A stretch of 64,000 nucleotides of DNA from Endomicrobiales bacterium (GTDB lineage: Bacteria > Elusimicrobiota > Endomicrobiia > Endomicrobiales > CAWCFT01): contig CAWCFT010000001.1 of NCBI GenBank assembly GCA_963794945.1, positions 224,001 to 288,000 on the forward strand, written 5' to 3'. The notes under the pieces were generated by a model. It saw only the letters and a program-made list of their open reading frames with translations. It made no database searches and had not been told where the DNA came from. Position 1 is the first letter of the stretch; every line of letters starts with the position of its first letter. The position numbers and the translations under genes are program-made. Below, in pieces: positions 20,771 through 32,478 of the stretch.

Positions 20771-21962
20771 TCAGATAATGAATTTTCCCATCTCTTCTTT
20801 GAGCATGCCGGCTTTACCTTCCAGCGTTCTCGCCCCGGAAGCTATCTCTGTGATCGACGAAAGCTGTTCTTCTGAACCAGCGGTGATCTCTTCAGCCGAC
20901 GCGGCGGTTTCTTCTGATATCGCGGCTATCTGTTCTACTTCACGGTGTATGCCTTTTATGGCAGTTACTATATCCGAGTAACCGCTGCTTAATTTTTCTG
21001 TAAGGTTAACTACTAACCTTGCTTCTTTAAGTGAATTCTCGGAAGAATCAGAAACATTGGCTGTATCTGATTGTATTTCCTTGATGATATTAGTGATCTT
21101 ACCAACAGAAACCCCGGATGATTCGGCAAGTTTCCTTACCTCGTCTGCCACAACAGCGAAACCGCGCCCCGCCTCGCCTGCTCTAGCAGCCTCGATCGCG
21201 GCATTGAGTGCCAGCAGGTTTGTTCTGGTCGGCTATTTTAGAAATAAGGTTCAGTATCTCAGTTATTTCCAAAGATCTTGTATTGAGTTTTGAAACCGAA
21301 TGCCCCGTAATTTCCATGGTTTTCTGTACGGCGCTGAATTTCTCCATCACCTGAACTATGTTAGCAGTAGCTGAATCCGCTACTGAACTCGCGTTCTGCA
21401 CAAGGCTGGATATTCCTGAGGCGCTCTTTGCGATTTGATTCGTAGCCGACGCTATCTGCTGAATAGAATTCTGCACTTGCGTCATGGTTTCTCTAACCTG
21501 CTTTGTGTTGTCAGCCATCTGGCTGGCCGCGTCGCTTGTAGTTCCGGAAAGATTATTAACATTCCCTATGAGGCTTTTTAAATTATTCGCCATTTTAATA
21601 AATGCGTTCACAAGCAGGTCGTTCTCACTTCTGGCGGTAAGCTTTATCGATAGATTGCCCGATGCGATCTTGTCAGCTGTTTCAGAGAGGTTACGCATGC
21701 TGTTTATCAGATCGTTGGTTATCTTGCCCAGCTGGTCAAGCAGGTCATCACCTGTAACTTCATTGGCGTAGGTTTTAAGGTCTCCTAGGCTGATCTGTTT
21801 TAGAAGATTAAAATGTTCAGTGAGGGCCAACGCCATCATCATCGTGCTGTTGTGCAGTGAATCATTGGTTTCTTCTATAGCCTTTAATTTATCTTCTAGT
21901 TCTCTTACTTTTTTAGCAGATGAAAATATGTTCGTAATTTTTTCAAGGATTTGTTTTAGCAA
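20771..21962 (-). CDS. Soluble methyl-accepting chemotaxis protein (tandem HAMP + MA; +1 frameshift near 21223)
   Basis: IADQ[T][33 protein letters not shown] spans the frameshift; no TM segment. Confidence 0.85.
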
Positions 21963-21989
21963 TTTTATTTCTCCTTGTAATATTAAGCA

Positions 21990-22214
21990 TCAAAACTGTA
22001 TTTGAGCGCGAAATTTACCGCCGCCTTCGTCACGGCAGAAAAGAAGTGTTTTTTTCGTGCGGTCGCACCACATCTGTACATCTTTCGAGAACGTTGTGCA
22101 ATCGGCAAGAACTTCCAGTACGTCTCCGGGTTTAAGCTGGGGGGCTGTTGAAGTGATCTTAAGAATAGGTTGAGGGCACTTGAGCCCGTTTGCGTTGAGC
22201 GTGACGGTTGCCAT
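21990..22214 (-). CDS. tusA: TusA/SirA-family sulfur carrier
   Basis: GLKCPQP motif, 74 aa. Confidence 0.85.
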   Translation of the reverse strand: MATVTLNANGLKCPQPILKITSTAPQLKPGDVLEVLADCTTFSKDVQMWCDRTKKTLLFCRDEGGGKFRAQIQF

Positions 22215-22298
22215 TTTTATTGCCTCCTGTAAAAAGAAACCTACGCTAGAATAAGTCTATCAATTTATATATATTTTTGCAAATATTACAAGTTGCTT

Positions 22299-22754
22299 TT
22301 ACCCCAAAACAAACAGTTTTTCTTCTTTTATAATATCCCGCGCTATCCCGGGTATTTTTTCGATTATTTCGAGGCTTACCGTTTCTCCAAATTCCACCTG
22401 GTTTTTTATTTCAACACCGTAAACTGATATTTCCTTAGGCATTTTCTGCCCTGCAAGTTCGGCGAATTCTATCGCCTCGAAAAGCCCCATGCCGTGAGTA
22501 GACTGTAAATGAGACTTAAAATTCTCCTGCCGTTCCACGCGGAAGCATTCCCCCTGCTTGAATTTTCCGGTCGTTATGCTGTCAACTATAACGACTTTAT
22601 CGAATCCATTCAGCAGATCTATCAGCCTCCATCCGCCGTAAGACGTTTCGGCAACGCTGATCTTTGCGCCAGAACCGCTGCTTGAGAACACGCTGTGTAT
22701 TTCCCTCGCGACGAGTACTCCAGCCGCGTCATCGCAAAGCACGGTGTTTCCCAT
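22299..22754 (-). CDS. Hydrogenase maturation protease (true start probably ~22784)
   Basis: KILILGMGNTVLCDDAAG, VDS, STH. Confidence 0.88.
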   Translation of the reverse strand: MGNTVLCDDAAGVLVAREIHSVFSSSGSGAKISVAETSYGGWRLIDLLNGFDKVVIVDSITTGKFKQGECFRVERQENFKSHLQSTHGMGLFEAIEFAELAGQKMPKEISVYGVEIKNQVEFGETVSLEIIEKIPGIARDIIKEEKLFVLG

Positions 22755-22783
22755 ACCGAGTATTAGTATTTTTTTGTCCGTAA

Positions 22784-24247
22784 TTAATCCCTTCGTATAG
22801 TCCGCACGACCTCACCCTGCCGGGTCTTTACGCTCACTATAAGCGGCGTGCTGCCCGCAAGCGAGTGTGTCGCGCAGGACATACATGGGTCGTAAGCGCG
22901 AAAAGCCATTTCTACCATATTGAGAAGCCCGTTCGTTACTTTTCCGGCTTTTATAAACGCACCAGCCGCTTTCGCTATGGAAATATTCATTGCGGGGTTA
23001 TTGAAAACCGTCGCGACTATAAGGTTCGCCTTCTTTACTATACCGTTATTGTCAGTCTTGTAATGATGTATAAGAGTGCCTCTGGGGGCTTCGACTATCC
23101 CTACACCTTCTTCGGGAGTCTTATCAGGTATAACGCTCACCTTGTCAGAGGTTATCTCGGGGTCTAATGAAAGTTCCAGAAGGCGTTCGGACGCGTAAAG
23201 CAGCTCCACAAGCCTAGCCCAGTGGAACCCCAAGGTGTTATGTACCGGCTTTACGCCGAACGTTGAATACATTTTTTCGTACTCGGCCTGAGCGAGCGGC
23301 GTCGCCATGCCGTCCGCGGCATTAAGCCTCGCAAGCGGCGCGACCCTGACGTGGCTGCGCGAATTTTTCGGAGACAGCCCCTGCCATCCGTTTTTCTTGA
23401 GGTAAGGGAACTTCATGTAGCTCCAGGGTTCCACGTGTTCGGCGATATGGTTGAGGTAGTCTTTGGCCTGGAATTTTGCCGTTTCCTTGCCTTCCCAGTC
23501 AACCACCCGCAAATCACCGTCATAAAAATTAACTTTATTGTTGCTATCTACTGTTCCCATATAGCTGGTTTCGATAAAGTATTTATCTTTTGCCAGGATG
23601 AGTTCAAGATAGCTTTTGTTTTTAAGCACCAGGTCATCGAAAAGTTTGAGCGAAAATTTCGCGAACTCAACGCAGGACCGGGCCTTGTTCTCTATCTGTT
23701 TTCTCTCGTCCTCGTTTATTGACTTTGAGCACCCGCCGGGCAGTGCGCACACCGGGTATATCGCCCTTCCTCCGATCATGGCCTGTATATCTTGTGCATA
23801 GGCTCTGTGCTTGATAACCTCTTTGCCTATATCAAGACCGACTTTTGCAACGACTCCGAGTATATTCCGCTCCGAAGCCGGCGCGTCGGGCCCCATAACA
23901 AAATCTGGAGCTGCAAGCGCGTAAAAGTGGGCTATGTGCGAATGTATGATATGCGCATTGTAAAAGAGTTCCCTGAGTTTTTTTGCAGCCGGCGGAAGTA
24001 CAGCCTTGTATACTGCGTCCGCAGCCTTTGCCGAAGCGAGATGGTGCGCTTCCGGGCAAACGCCGCAGATCTTAGCCGTTATGCGTGGCAGCTCTTCGAC
24101 AGGCCTGCCCTCGCAGAATTTTTCGAAGCCGCGCAGTTCGGGTATCTGAAGATAGGCGTTCTGAACGTCGCCCGCGTCGTTGAGGAATATCTCGATCTTG
24201 CCGTGACCCTCCAGCCTGGTTATAGGGTCTATAGTTATTCGTTTCAT
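22784..24247 (-). CDS. mvhA: Group 3c [NiFe]-hydrogenase large subunit
   Basis: TRLEGHG, RGFE, ICGVCPEAH, EAPRG, DPCMSCATH plus C-terminal extension. Confidence 0.93.
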   Translation of the reverse strand: MKRITIDPITRLEGHGKIEIFLNDAGDVQNAYLQIPELRGFEKFCEGRPVEELPRITAKICGVCPEAHHLASAKAADAVYKAVLPPAAKKLRELFYNAHIIHSHIAHFYALAAPDFVMGPDAPASERNILGVVAKVGLDIGKEVIKHRAYAQDIQAMIGGRAIYPVCALPGGCSKSINEDERKQIENKARSCVEFAKFSLKLFDDLVLKNKSYLELILAKDKYFIETSYMGTVDSNNKVNFYDGDLRVVDWEGKETAKFQAKDYLNHIAEHVEPWSYMKFPYLKKNGWQGLSPKNSRSHVRVAPLARLNAADGMATPLAQAEYEKMYSTFGVKPVHNTLGFHWARLVELLYASERLLELSLDPEITSDKVSVIPDKTPEEGVGIVEAPRGTLIHHYKTDNNGIVKKANLIVATVFNNPAMNISIAKAAGAFIKAGKVTNGLLNMVEMAFRAYDPCMSCATHSLAGSTPLIVSVKTRQGEVVRTIRRD

Positions 24248-25216
24248 TATTTGTCTTCCTTTGGTTTCGGGCTCATGAGGGATTTTCCAACGCTAAACTG
24301 GTAAAATGTTCCCGCCGGATCTTGTATGTCTCGAGATTATCTTCTCTATCTCGGCCTCATCGTTAGAATCTATCAGGGAGGCGGCCGCGCTTATCATCTT
24401 CGCTCCCTGGTCCCGCACGCCTGGAGGCGCGCCGTAACAACCTCGGCATGGGATATTAACTTCTATGCACTTTGCACGACACCCCGCCCTGGTAGCCGGG
24501 CCCTGACATATAACGCCCTGCTCCAGAAGACAATTTATCTTATCCGGAACGATCTCGTGCGGCCTGTAGAATTTCTTTATGCTTTTTTCGTTCTTCCTTA
24601 TCCTGGGGCACTCTTCACAAAGTATCTTTTCTTCGCCTATTACGGTTCCCACCGGAGGAAGTTCATCTTTAATTACCGCCATAACGGCTTTCTCGACCCA
24701 CTCGGAGGTAGGCGGACAACCGGGAAGATAATAATCTATTTTTATGATCTCGTCCAGCGGATAAACTTTGTTGAAAAGGCGAGGCAGCCCGATCATTCCT
24801 TCTGGCATTTCAGTTTCCGGTTCTGGCCGGACATTTCCTGGGTTAACAGTGGACTCGGTCGTTTCGTAAACCCGTTTCTTCAGGCTTTCCAGAGTGAACA
24901 TATTAGCGAGCCCAGGCACACCTCCGGTGCACGCACAGGCGCCGAAGGATACGACAACTTTTGATTTTGCCCTCAAAAGCTTCGCTATGTGTTCGGCTTC
25001 CGAGTTTCTTATGCCGCCATTGAAAAAGCAGGCGTCTATAGTGCCGTCGGCTAAAGCCTCTATGTCCTTATACTTGCCGTCGAGTACAAGCGGCCAGAGG
25101 AGTATATCTGCTGCTGCCGCTATATCAAGTATCTTCTCGTTCGTGTCGAGTACTGTCATCTCGCAGCCGCCGCAGGAGGCTCCCCAGTAAAACGCGAATT
25201 TTAGTTTATCTGCCAT
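24247..25216 (-). CDS. mvhG: Group 3c hydrogenase small subunit (+1 frameshift near 24330)
   Basis: SCGGC, GACA, PGCPP, CEECP, CQGPAT, PCRGC. Confidence 0.9.
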
Positions 25217-25631
25217 TATCAGATCCCTCTATTTTTACTGGCCCGAGTTTTCTGAGCCCTTCAACGAAATCAGTGGTAACTTTTGAGAATTTTTCCCCTT
25301 CGCTCGCAGAGACCCAGTCCAGTTTAAAACGTTCTTTTTCTATTCCGAACTGCGCGAGAAGTTTTTCGAACAACTTCATTCTGCGAAGAGCTTTATAGTT
25401 GCCTTCCTTATAGTGACAGTCGCCTGGATGACAGCCAAGGACCATTACTCCGTCAGCGCCTTCCCTGAAAGCCTTGAGCACGGACTGCGGGTCCACACGT
25501 CCGGAACACATAACTTTTACAACTGTGAGATTGGCAGGTACGTCTAGGTGCCTGCCTCCCGCAGAATCGGCTCCAGCGTAGCTGCACCAGTTACACAAGA
25601 AACTTATTACTTTAGGTTCAAAATCAGTCAT
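25206..25631 (-). CDS. mvhD: Hydrogenase [2Fe-2S] subunit D
   Basis: FLCNWCSYAGAD, MCSGRV, GCHPGDCHY. Confidence 0.93.
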   Translation of the reverse strand: MTDFEPKVISFLCNWCSYAGADSAGGRHLDVPANLTVVKVMCSGRVDPQSVLKAFREGADGVMVLGCHPGDCHYKEGNYKALRRMKLFEKLLAQFGIEKERFKLDWVSASEGEKFSKVTTDFVEGLRKLGPVKIEGSDNGR

Positions 25632-27565
25632 TGAGAAGCCCCTCGATCTCGGCAAATATCTCTTCTTCGGTGAAATTCTTGTTTGATATCGCGCCCGCCG
25701 GACACGCCGCTACGCAGACCCCGCATCCCTTGCAGAGTATTTCGTTTATCGATGATGTTTTCTTGGCTTCGTCAAAAGATATCGCCTGGAACGGGCAAAG
25801 AGCAACACACGTTCTGCATGCCCCGCAGAGGTTTTCGTTCACTTTTGACGTCTCGGCCTCCAGCTCCATTTTCTCACCCGGCACTACTTTACTTAGGGCG
25901 TTGCCTGCCGCCGCTTGCGCCTGGAGGACCGACTGCGGTATATCTTTTGGCCCGGCGGCGCATCCGGCAATGTAGATGCCTTCGGTCAGGGTCTTTGCCG
26001 GCGCCATTCTATCGTGCTCTGCGATGAAGAAACCATTCGGGTCCCGCTTTATGCCCAGCACATTGGCCAGTTTAGCCGCGTCTTCTCCGGGAACTATAGC
26101 CGGGCAGAGTACCACCATCTCGGCGGAAAAAGCCCCACCAGCATGGACCATATAAACCCTGCCATTTCGCTCTTTAACGAGAAGCTCGTTGGGGTTCTTA
26201 ACCCTTATAACCTCTACGCTTTCTTGCATGACCTTGTCATGGAACTCCTGGTAGCCCTTGCCGCCCAGACACCAATCGGAAACTATGCTTGTCAGCTTTA
26301 CACCCATCCCAAGCTGCTTGCGAGCCAGGTATTCGAATTTTAAAGTATAGGCACAACAGAACACCACTGCAGTATTCTTTGTAGTTTTTGTCCCTGCTGC
26401 CGGCACAGTGCACAAAGATGATCGAGTCAGGAGCCTTCCCTTTTTTGGTAAGTATTTTTCCCTCTGTAGGGCCGCTTGAGCTTATCATCCTTTCGAACTG
26501 CTGGCTATCATAAATTTCGGTCGAATCGGCTGGGCATATCTTAAGTTTTGAAATATCGTATAGACCCGACCCGGTCGCGACAACTATCGCTCCCGCTTCA
26601 ACTCTCAACTGCTCGTCCTTTTGATCGTAGTCGACGGCATCAAACGGACACGCTTCCTTGCACTTGGTGCACTGTTCGCCCTTGAACCTCAGGCAATTAT
26701 CGCGATCGATCACCGGCACGTTCGGCAGCCGGCCCGCGTAAGCCGTATATACCGCATGCCTTTCTGATAGGCCCGCGTTGTGTTCATTCTTGACCTTTAT
26801 AGGGCATGCATCGTAACAGGCCCCGCAGCCAATGCATTTTTCAGAATCTATTAGTCTTGCTTTTTTTGATATCTGAACTTCAAAGTTCCCAAAAAACCCT
26901 TTGACGTTTTCAACTTCGCTGTTGGAAAAAAGTGTTATGTTCTCATGATGGAGCACCTCGTCCATCTTGGGTTCGAGCATGCAGGGAGCGCACTCGAGGT
27001 TAGGAAAAACGTCTTCATAGGAAACCACTTTCCCGCCTATCCAGGGAGACTTCTCAACAAGATAGACCCTACGGTTCTTCTGGGCTAGAAGAAGAGCCGC
27101 GGCCATGCCCGCGACGCCGGCGCCGATAACCGCAAAGTCTTTTTTGCATTCTATTTCGTTCTTGTTAAGCGGCTGCTGGAGTTTAACTCTTTTAATTGCG
27201 GCTGCAAGCTGGTAGAGGGCTTTCTTTGTGGCGAGATTTTTATCTTTAGTGACCCAGGCTATCTGTTCGCGGATGTTTGCTATTGAGAGAAGGTAGGGGT
27301 TTAGTCCGGAGGACTCAAGCACTTTTCGGAAAGTCTGCTCGTGCTGTTTTGGCGAGCACGCCGCTATAACAACACGAGTGATATTATTTTCTTTAATGGA
27401 TTTTTCAAGTTCTTTGCGTCCATCTTCCGAGCACCAGAGCTTGTGGATTTTTACTTCCACAATATCCGGGGTTTTCTGCGCGAGTTCTGAAAGCTTTGCG
27501 GTATCGACAACTTCCGATATGTTAGTGCCGCAGTCGCATATAAATACCCCAACCTTTTCAGCCAT
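25624..27565 (-). CDS. hdrA: Heterodisulfide reductase subunit A (+1 frameshift near 26363)
   Basis: GVFICDCGTNI, ACSPKQHE, NIREQ, GAGVAG, CAGSRD..YCS, GPKDIPQSV, ferredoxin motifs. Confidence 0.92.
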
Positions 27566-27594
27566 TAGGCCTCCAGTAGCAACTAACCTGATGT

Positions 27595-27825
27595 TTATCT
27601 TATTCCAGAGATATTATCATCAGGCTTTTCAGGGATGATCACCCATCCCACCACATACGTAACGATTACCGGCACTAAGGCGGTAGCAAGACATAAAAAA
27701 ACAAGCATCAGCCTGATAAGCGTCGGATCGATATTCACAATCTCTCCGATACCACCGCAGATGCCTGCTATCTTTCTATCCGCCCGTGAGCGGTATATCT
27801 TCTTCACGCCTATAGTATACAACAT
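27595..27825 (-). CDS. PspC-domain protein (start may be an internal GTG)
   Basis: KKIYRSRADRKIAGICGGIGE...DPTLIR...YVVGWVIIP. Confidence 0.85.
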   Translation of the reverse strand: MLYTIGVKKIYRSRADRKIAGICGGIGEIVNIDPTLIRLMLVFLCLATALVPVIVTYVVGWVIIPEKPDDNISGIR

Positions 27826-27927
27826 TTTCGAAATTAATCAAATATATTTTAATAATTATATTACATGAAAAACCAATTCGTTTCCAACTTGGCAGATGCT
27901 GAGGCTTTACAGTTCTTTAAAACAAAC

Positions 27928-27984
27928 TTGTTTGCCAACCCACCCCGTTTCCGCAGCCGGAATAAGTGGTGGGTTGGCAAACAA
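27928..27984. repeat. Perfect 17-bp inverted repeat with an inner hairpin
   Basis: ttgtttgccaacccacc ... ggtgggttggcaaacaa. Confidence 0.8.
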
Positions 27985-28009
27985 AAAACCCCCGACTAAT
28001 AATCAGGGG
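27983..28009 (-). terminator. Probable intrinsic terminator of cspA
   Basis: Minus strand CCCCTGATTATTAGTCGGGGG followed by TTTTTT. Confidence 0.6.
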
Positions 28010-28039
28010 CTCTTGTTAATTTCAACGACTATAAAGAAG

Positions 28040-28246
28040 TTACTTTACTTTCCTTATGTTGGCTGCTTTAGGTCCTTTGTCTGAATCGGTTACGTCGAAC
28101 TCGACGGCCTCACCTTCAGCCAAAGTTTTGAAGCCTTCCGACTGTATCGCTGAAAAATGAGCGAAAACGTCACCGCTGCCGTCATCCTTCGAGATAAAGC
28201 CATAGCCTTTCTGGTCATTGAACCATTTAACTTTGCCTGTTACCAT
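28040..28246 (-). CDS. cspA: Cold-shock protein
   Basis: [23 protein letters not shown]. Confidence 0.95.
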   Translation of the reverse strand: MVTGKVKWFNDQKGYGFISKDDGSGDVFAHFSAIQSEGFKTLAEGEAVEFDVTDSDKGPKAANIRKVK

Positions 28247-28337
28247 TACTTACTTCACCCGCCTTTTTTCTTCCGGCATTACTCTGTGTATTTGCCGGCA
28301 TGTCTTTCCCGCTCATAAAACCTACGAGCGGATTTTT

Positions 28338-28366
28338 AGTATACGTAATATGAACGCATTTGTCAA
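28338..28366 (-). promoter_or_regulatory. sigma70 promoter of cspA
   Basis: TTGACA-N17-TATACT. Confidence 0.7.
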
Positions 28367-28369
28367 GCA

Positions 28370-29749
<1,380 letters not shown>

Positions 29750-29765
<16 letters not shown>

Positions 29766-30592
29766 ATGCAATCCGCCTTATGTTTTTCCAGTGATGCCTT
29801 TTCTTCCTGTTTGAATAAATTGAGCCTGGCCATCAGTTCGTCCCAGTTGATCTGGTGAGCGTCAAATTCAGGGCCATCTACGCAGGCAAAGCGTGTCTTG
29901 CCGCCTATACTTACTCTGCACGCGCCGCACATTCCAGTTCCATCAACCATTATTGGGTTAAGCGAAACGACAGTTTTGATGCTATATTTTGCCGTAAGCG
30001 CCGCAACAGCCTTCATCATCGGCACCGGGCCTATGGCATATACCGCGTCTATATGGACCTGCCTGGAGATCAGCTCAGCCAGCGCGTCGGTCACGAACCC
30101 TTTTTTGCCATAAGAACCGTCATCGGTCATTACTATTACGTCATCACAAGCATTTTTCAATTCTTCTTCCAGAATAATAAGTTCTTTGCTCCTGGCGCCT
30201 ATAATACCCAGGACTTTGTTGCCGGCTTCTTTGAAACCTTTAGCTACCGGGATTATCTCCGCGGCCCCCACTCCGCCTGCGATCATGCATACTGTACCCA
30301 GCTTTTCAATTCTGGTCGGGTGGCCAAGGGGCCCAACCATATCGAGTATGCTTTCCCCGGCATTTAGCAGTGAGAGCGCCGATGTAGTCTTGCCTATTTC
30401 CTGGGCAATTATGGTGATTGTTCCGGAGCCAGCATCGAAATCAGCGACTGTAAGCGGTATCCTTTCGCCTTTTTCGTCGATCCTCAGGATAACGAACTGT
30501 CCTGGTTTGGCATTATTTGCAATTCTCGGAGCATTGACTACAAACCTTGTTATTCCCTTCGCAAGCTGATCTTTAGAGATTATCTTATACAT
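29750..30592 (-). CDS. nfnA: NfnA small subunit
   Basis: PGQFVILR..ERIPLT, GPLG, MVDGTGMCGACRV, CVDGPEFD. Confidence 0.92.
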
Positions 30593-30629
30593 TGCGTTTC
30601 CTAGTATATATTATTTATTCGTGCCGGAA

Positions 30630-30658
30630 ATTATATCCCATAAAAGCATTTTTGTCAA
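30630..30658 (-). promoter_or_regulatory. sigma70 promoter of nfnAB
   Basis: TTGACA-N17-TATAAT. Confidence 0.75.
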
Positions 30659-30769
30659 GAATCCTTATCGATAAAACGGCAAGTAAATAAAATATTTGAA
30701 AAATGGCGATTAGTTTTGTATAATACTGCTTCGGCAACAATTCCAAATACAGAAAGAGTCTTAAAAAAA

Positions 30770-30843
30770 GGGCCCGTAGCTCAGTTGGTTAGAGCAGTCG
30801 ACTCATAATCGACGGGTCGTAGGTTCAAGTCCTACCGGGCCCA
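30770..30843 (+). tRNA. tRNA with CAU anticodon, most likely tRNA-Ile2 (lysidine)
   Basis: Cloverleaf GGGCCCG...CGGGCCC-A, anticodon arm GTCGA-CTCATAA-TCGAC; resembles ileX; upstream TATAAT. Confidence 0.88.
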
Positions 30844-30966
30844 ATCTTCCTACCTGAAATAAAAAATCAAATCCTACTACTGATTATGCCGTGCCCTGTT
30901 TTTTATTTGATTGTCTAAAAAGGCGGGAAAGCTATTTTTTTGAAGTATGTTGTTGGCGCCGTTTCG

Positions 30967-32478
30967 CTATTTTGCCCAAAGCTCGTTTTTGTAAAGATAA
31001 TAGACTTTTCTCGGCTGGCGAACGAACGGCTACCTGTTCCGTCACCCTGTCCGCACATTCCCATCCATTCGTCCTGGAATGAACCATCGTTAGTCTGGCC
31101 GGGCCAAGCCCCAATATCGGTGTCGTGAACGTTCTGGAGCCCCGCAGAGCCACCACTTATCCAGCCAGCAAAATATCACCCCGCCCAGAGAGTTGCCAGC
31201 TCCAGGGCCGCCAAACGAATTTTTTTCAATATCTTTCCAGGCCCTCTTGTGGTAAAGCGCCTGAAAATCTTCATCCTCTTCCCTCTTTTTGAGGTTATAG
31301 GCGTCGCAACCGTATTCTGTGATCAGTACCGGCCTGTCAAAATAATATTTGATCCTGTTCCACAGGGTCCCGAACCCGAAAGGCCCGGCATAAGAGTTCA
31401 TTCCTATAATATCTATTTCCTGCGCGAATTTTTTGTAGTAGGGTATCATCTTCATTGACCCGTTACACACTGCTACCGGATGGTCCTTATCTATAGACTT
31501 TATCATCCTGCAGGCTTCTCCGATAAAAGAAGCGTAGGCTTCGGGATTTACACTGGCGTTAGTATTGTTGTAAGTTGAATTTTCGTAGTTGCCTATTACA
31601 TCGTTCTCGTTGCCCAGCATCCACATAAGCACGTAAGGTTCATCTTTAAAATCATTCACCATTTTTTTAAGCTCTTCGAACATATGTTTCCTCTGTTTCC
31701 TGTCTGCATAATTTGTGCCGGCCTTCCATTCCGCTCCGCTTCCGACGGCATAAGCCCCGATGAAATTTCCCATTATGACATATATTCCGTAATTCCTGTA
31801 TAGGTCCCTGAGCAATTGTTTGTTAACACCGGTCGGATGGTATATCCTGATGACATTGCAGCCCATCTCGTTTAATAGTTTAAAATCTCCCACGACTTTT
31901 TCATCTGGATCGCGGATGTTGTTCTTATTTGCATCTATGAACGAATCGTACGGCCCATCGATCTTTCCATTGTGGTTTATATCGCTTTCCATCCATTCAT
32001 TCGGGTTCTTGGGGCGTACACCCACCCTGTCAGGCGAGTATTCCATTCCATGAATAAAGAAGGGCCTGCCATCAACGAGGAGACGCCAGTGGCCGTTGGA
32101 ATATTTTACTATGCACACCCTGCCGTGGCACGACCTTTGTATCTCGTATGGTTGTTCTTCGGGTTTTGTTGCTGTTGCAGTTGATTCAGATACGGTAGGT
32201 TGTAGCGGCAACACTTCAGCCGGGGTCGAAACTTGGTTAGAAAAGGAATCAGTACTTGAGATAATTTGTGTATCGTTTATATGAACGGCAGGCTGCTGGG
32301 ATGTGAATCCGTTTGATGTTGATACCACAACTGGAAGAGAAGCAGCGCCTGAAATATTCTGAGAATCGCTTACAGGTGCAGCGGGATTATCTGCTGCCGA
32401 TTCCGGCTCTCTACCTGAAACTATTCCGCACGCGACCACAAGCGGCAGTATCAGAAACGGGATAAATCTTATTTTCAT
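30967..32478 (-). CDS. Secreted GH2-like TIM-barrel protein (compensating frameshifts near 31130 and 31030)
   Basis: WMLGNE and ITEYG catalytic-like motifs. The C-terminus aligns with the neighbouring paralog only across the two frameshifts (...RQPRKVYYLYKNELWAK*). Confidence 0.75.

Noticed and set aside
22784..27565. Selenocysteine recoding in Mvh/Hdr
   Set aside because: The relevant positions are Cys codons, and the breaks are frameshifts rather than in-frame TGA.
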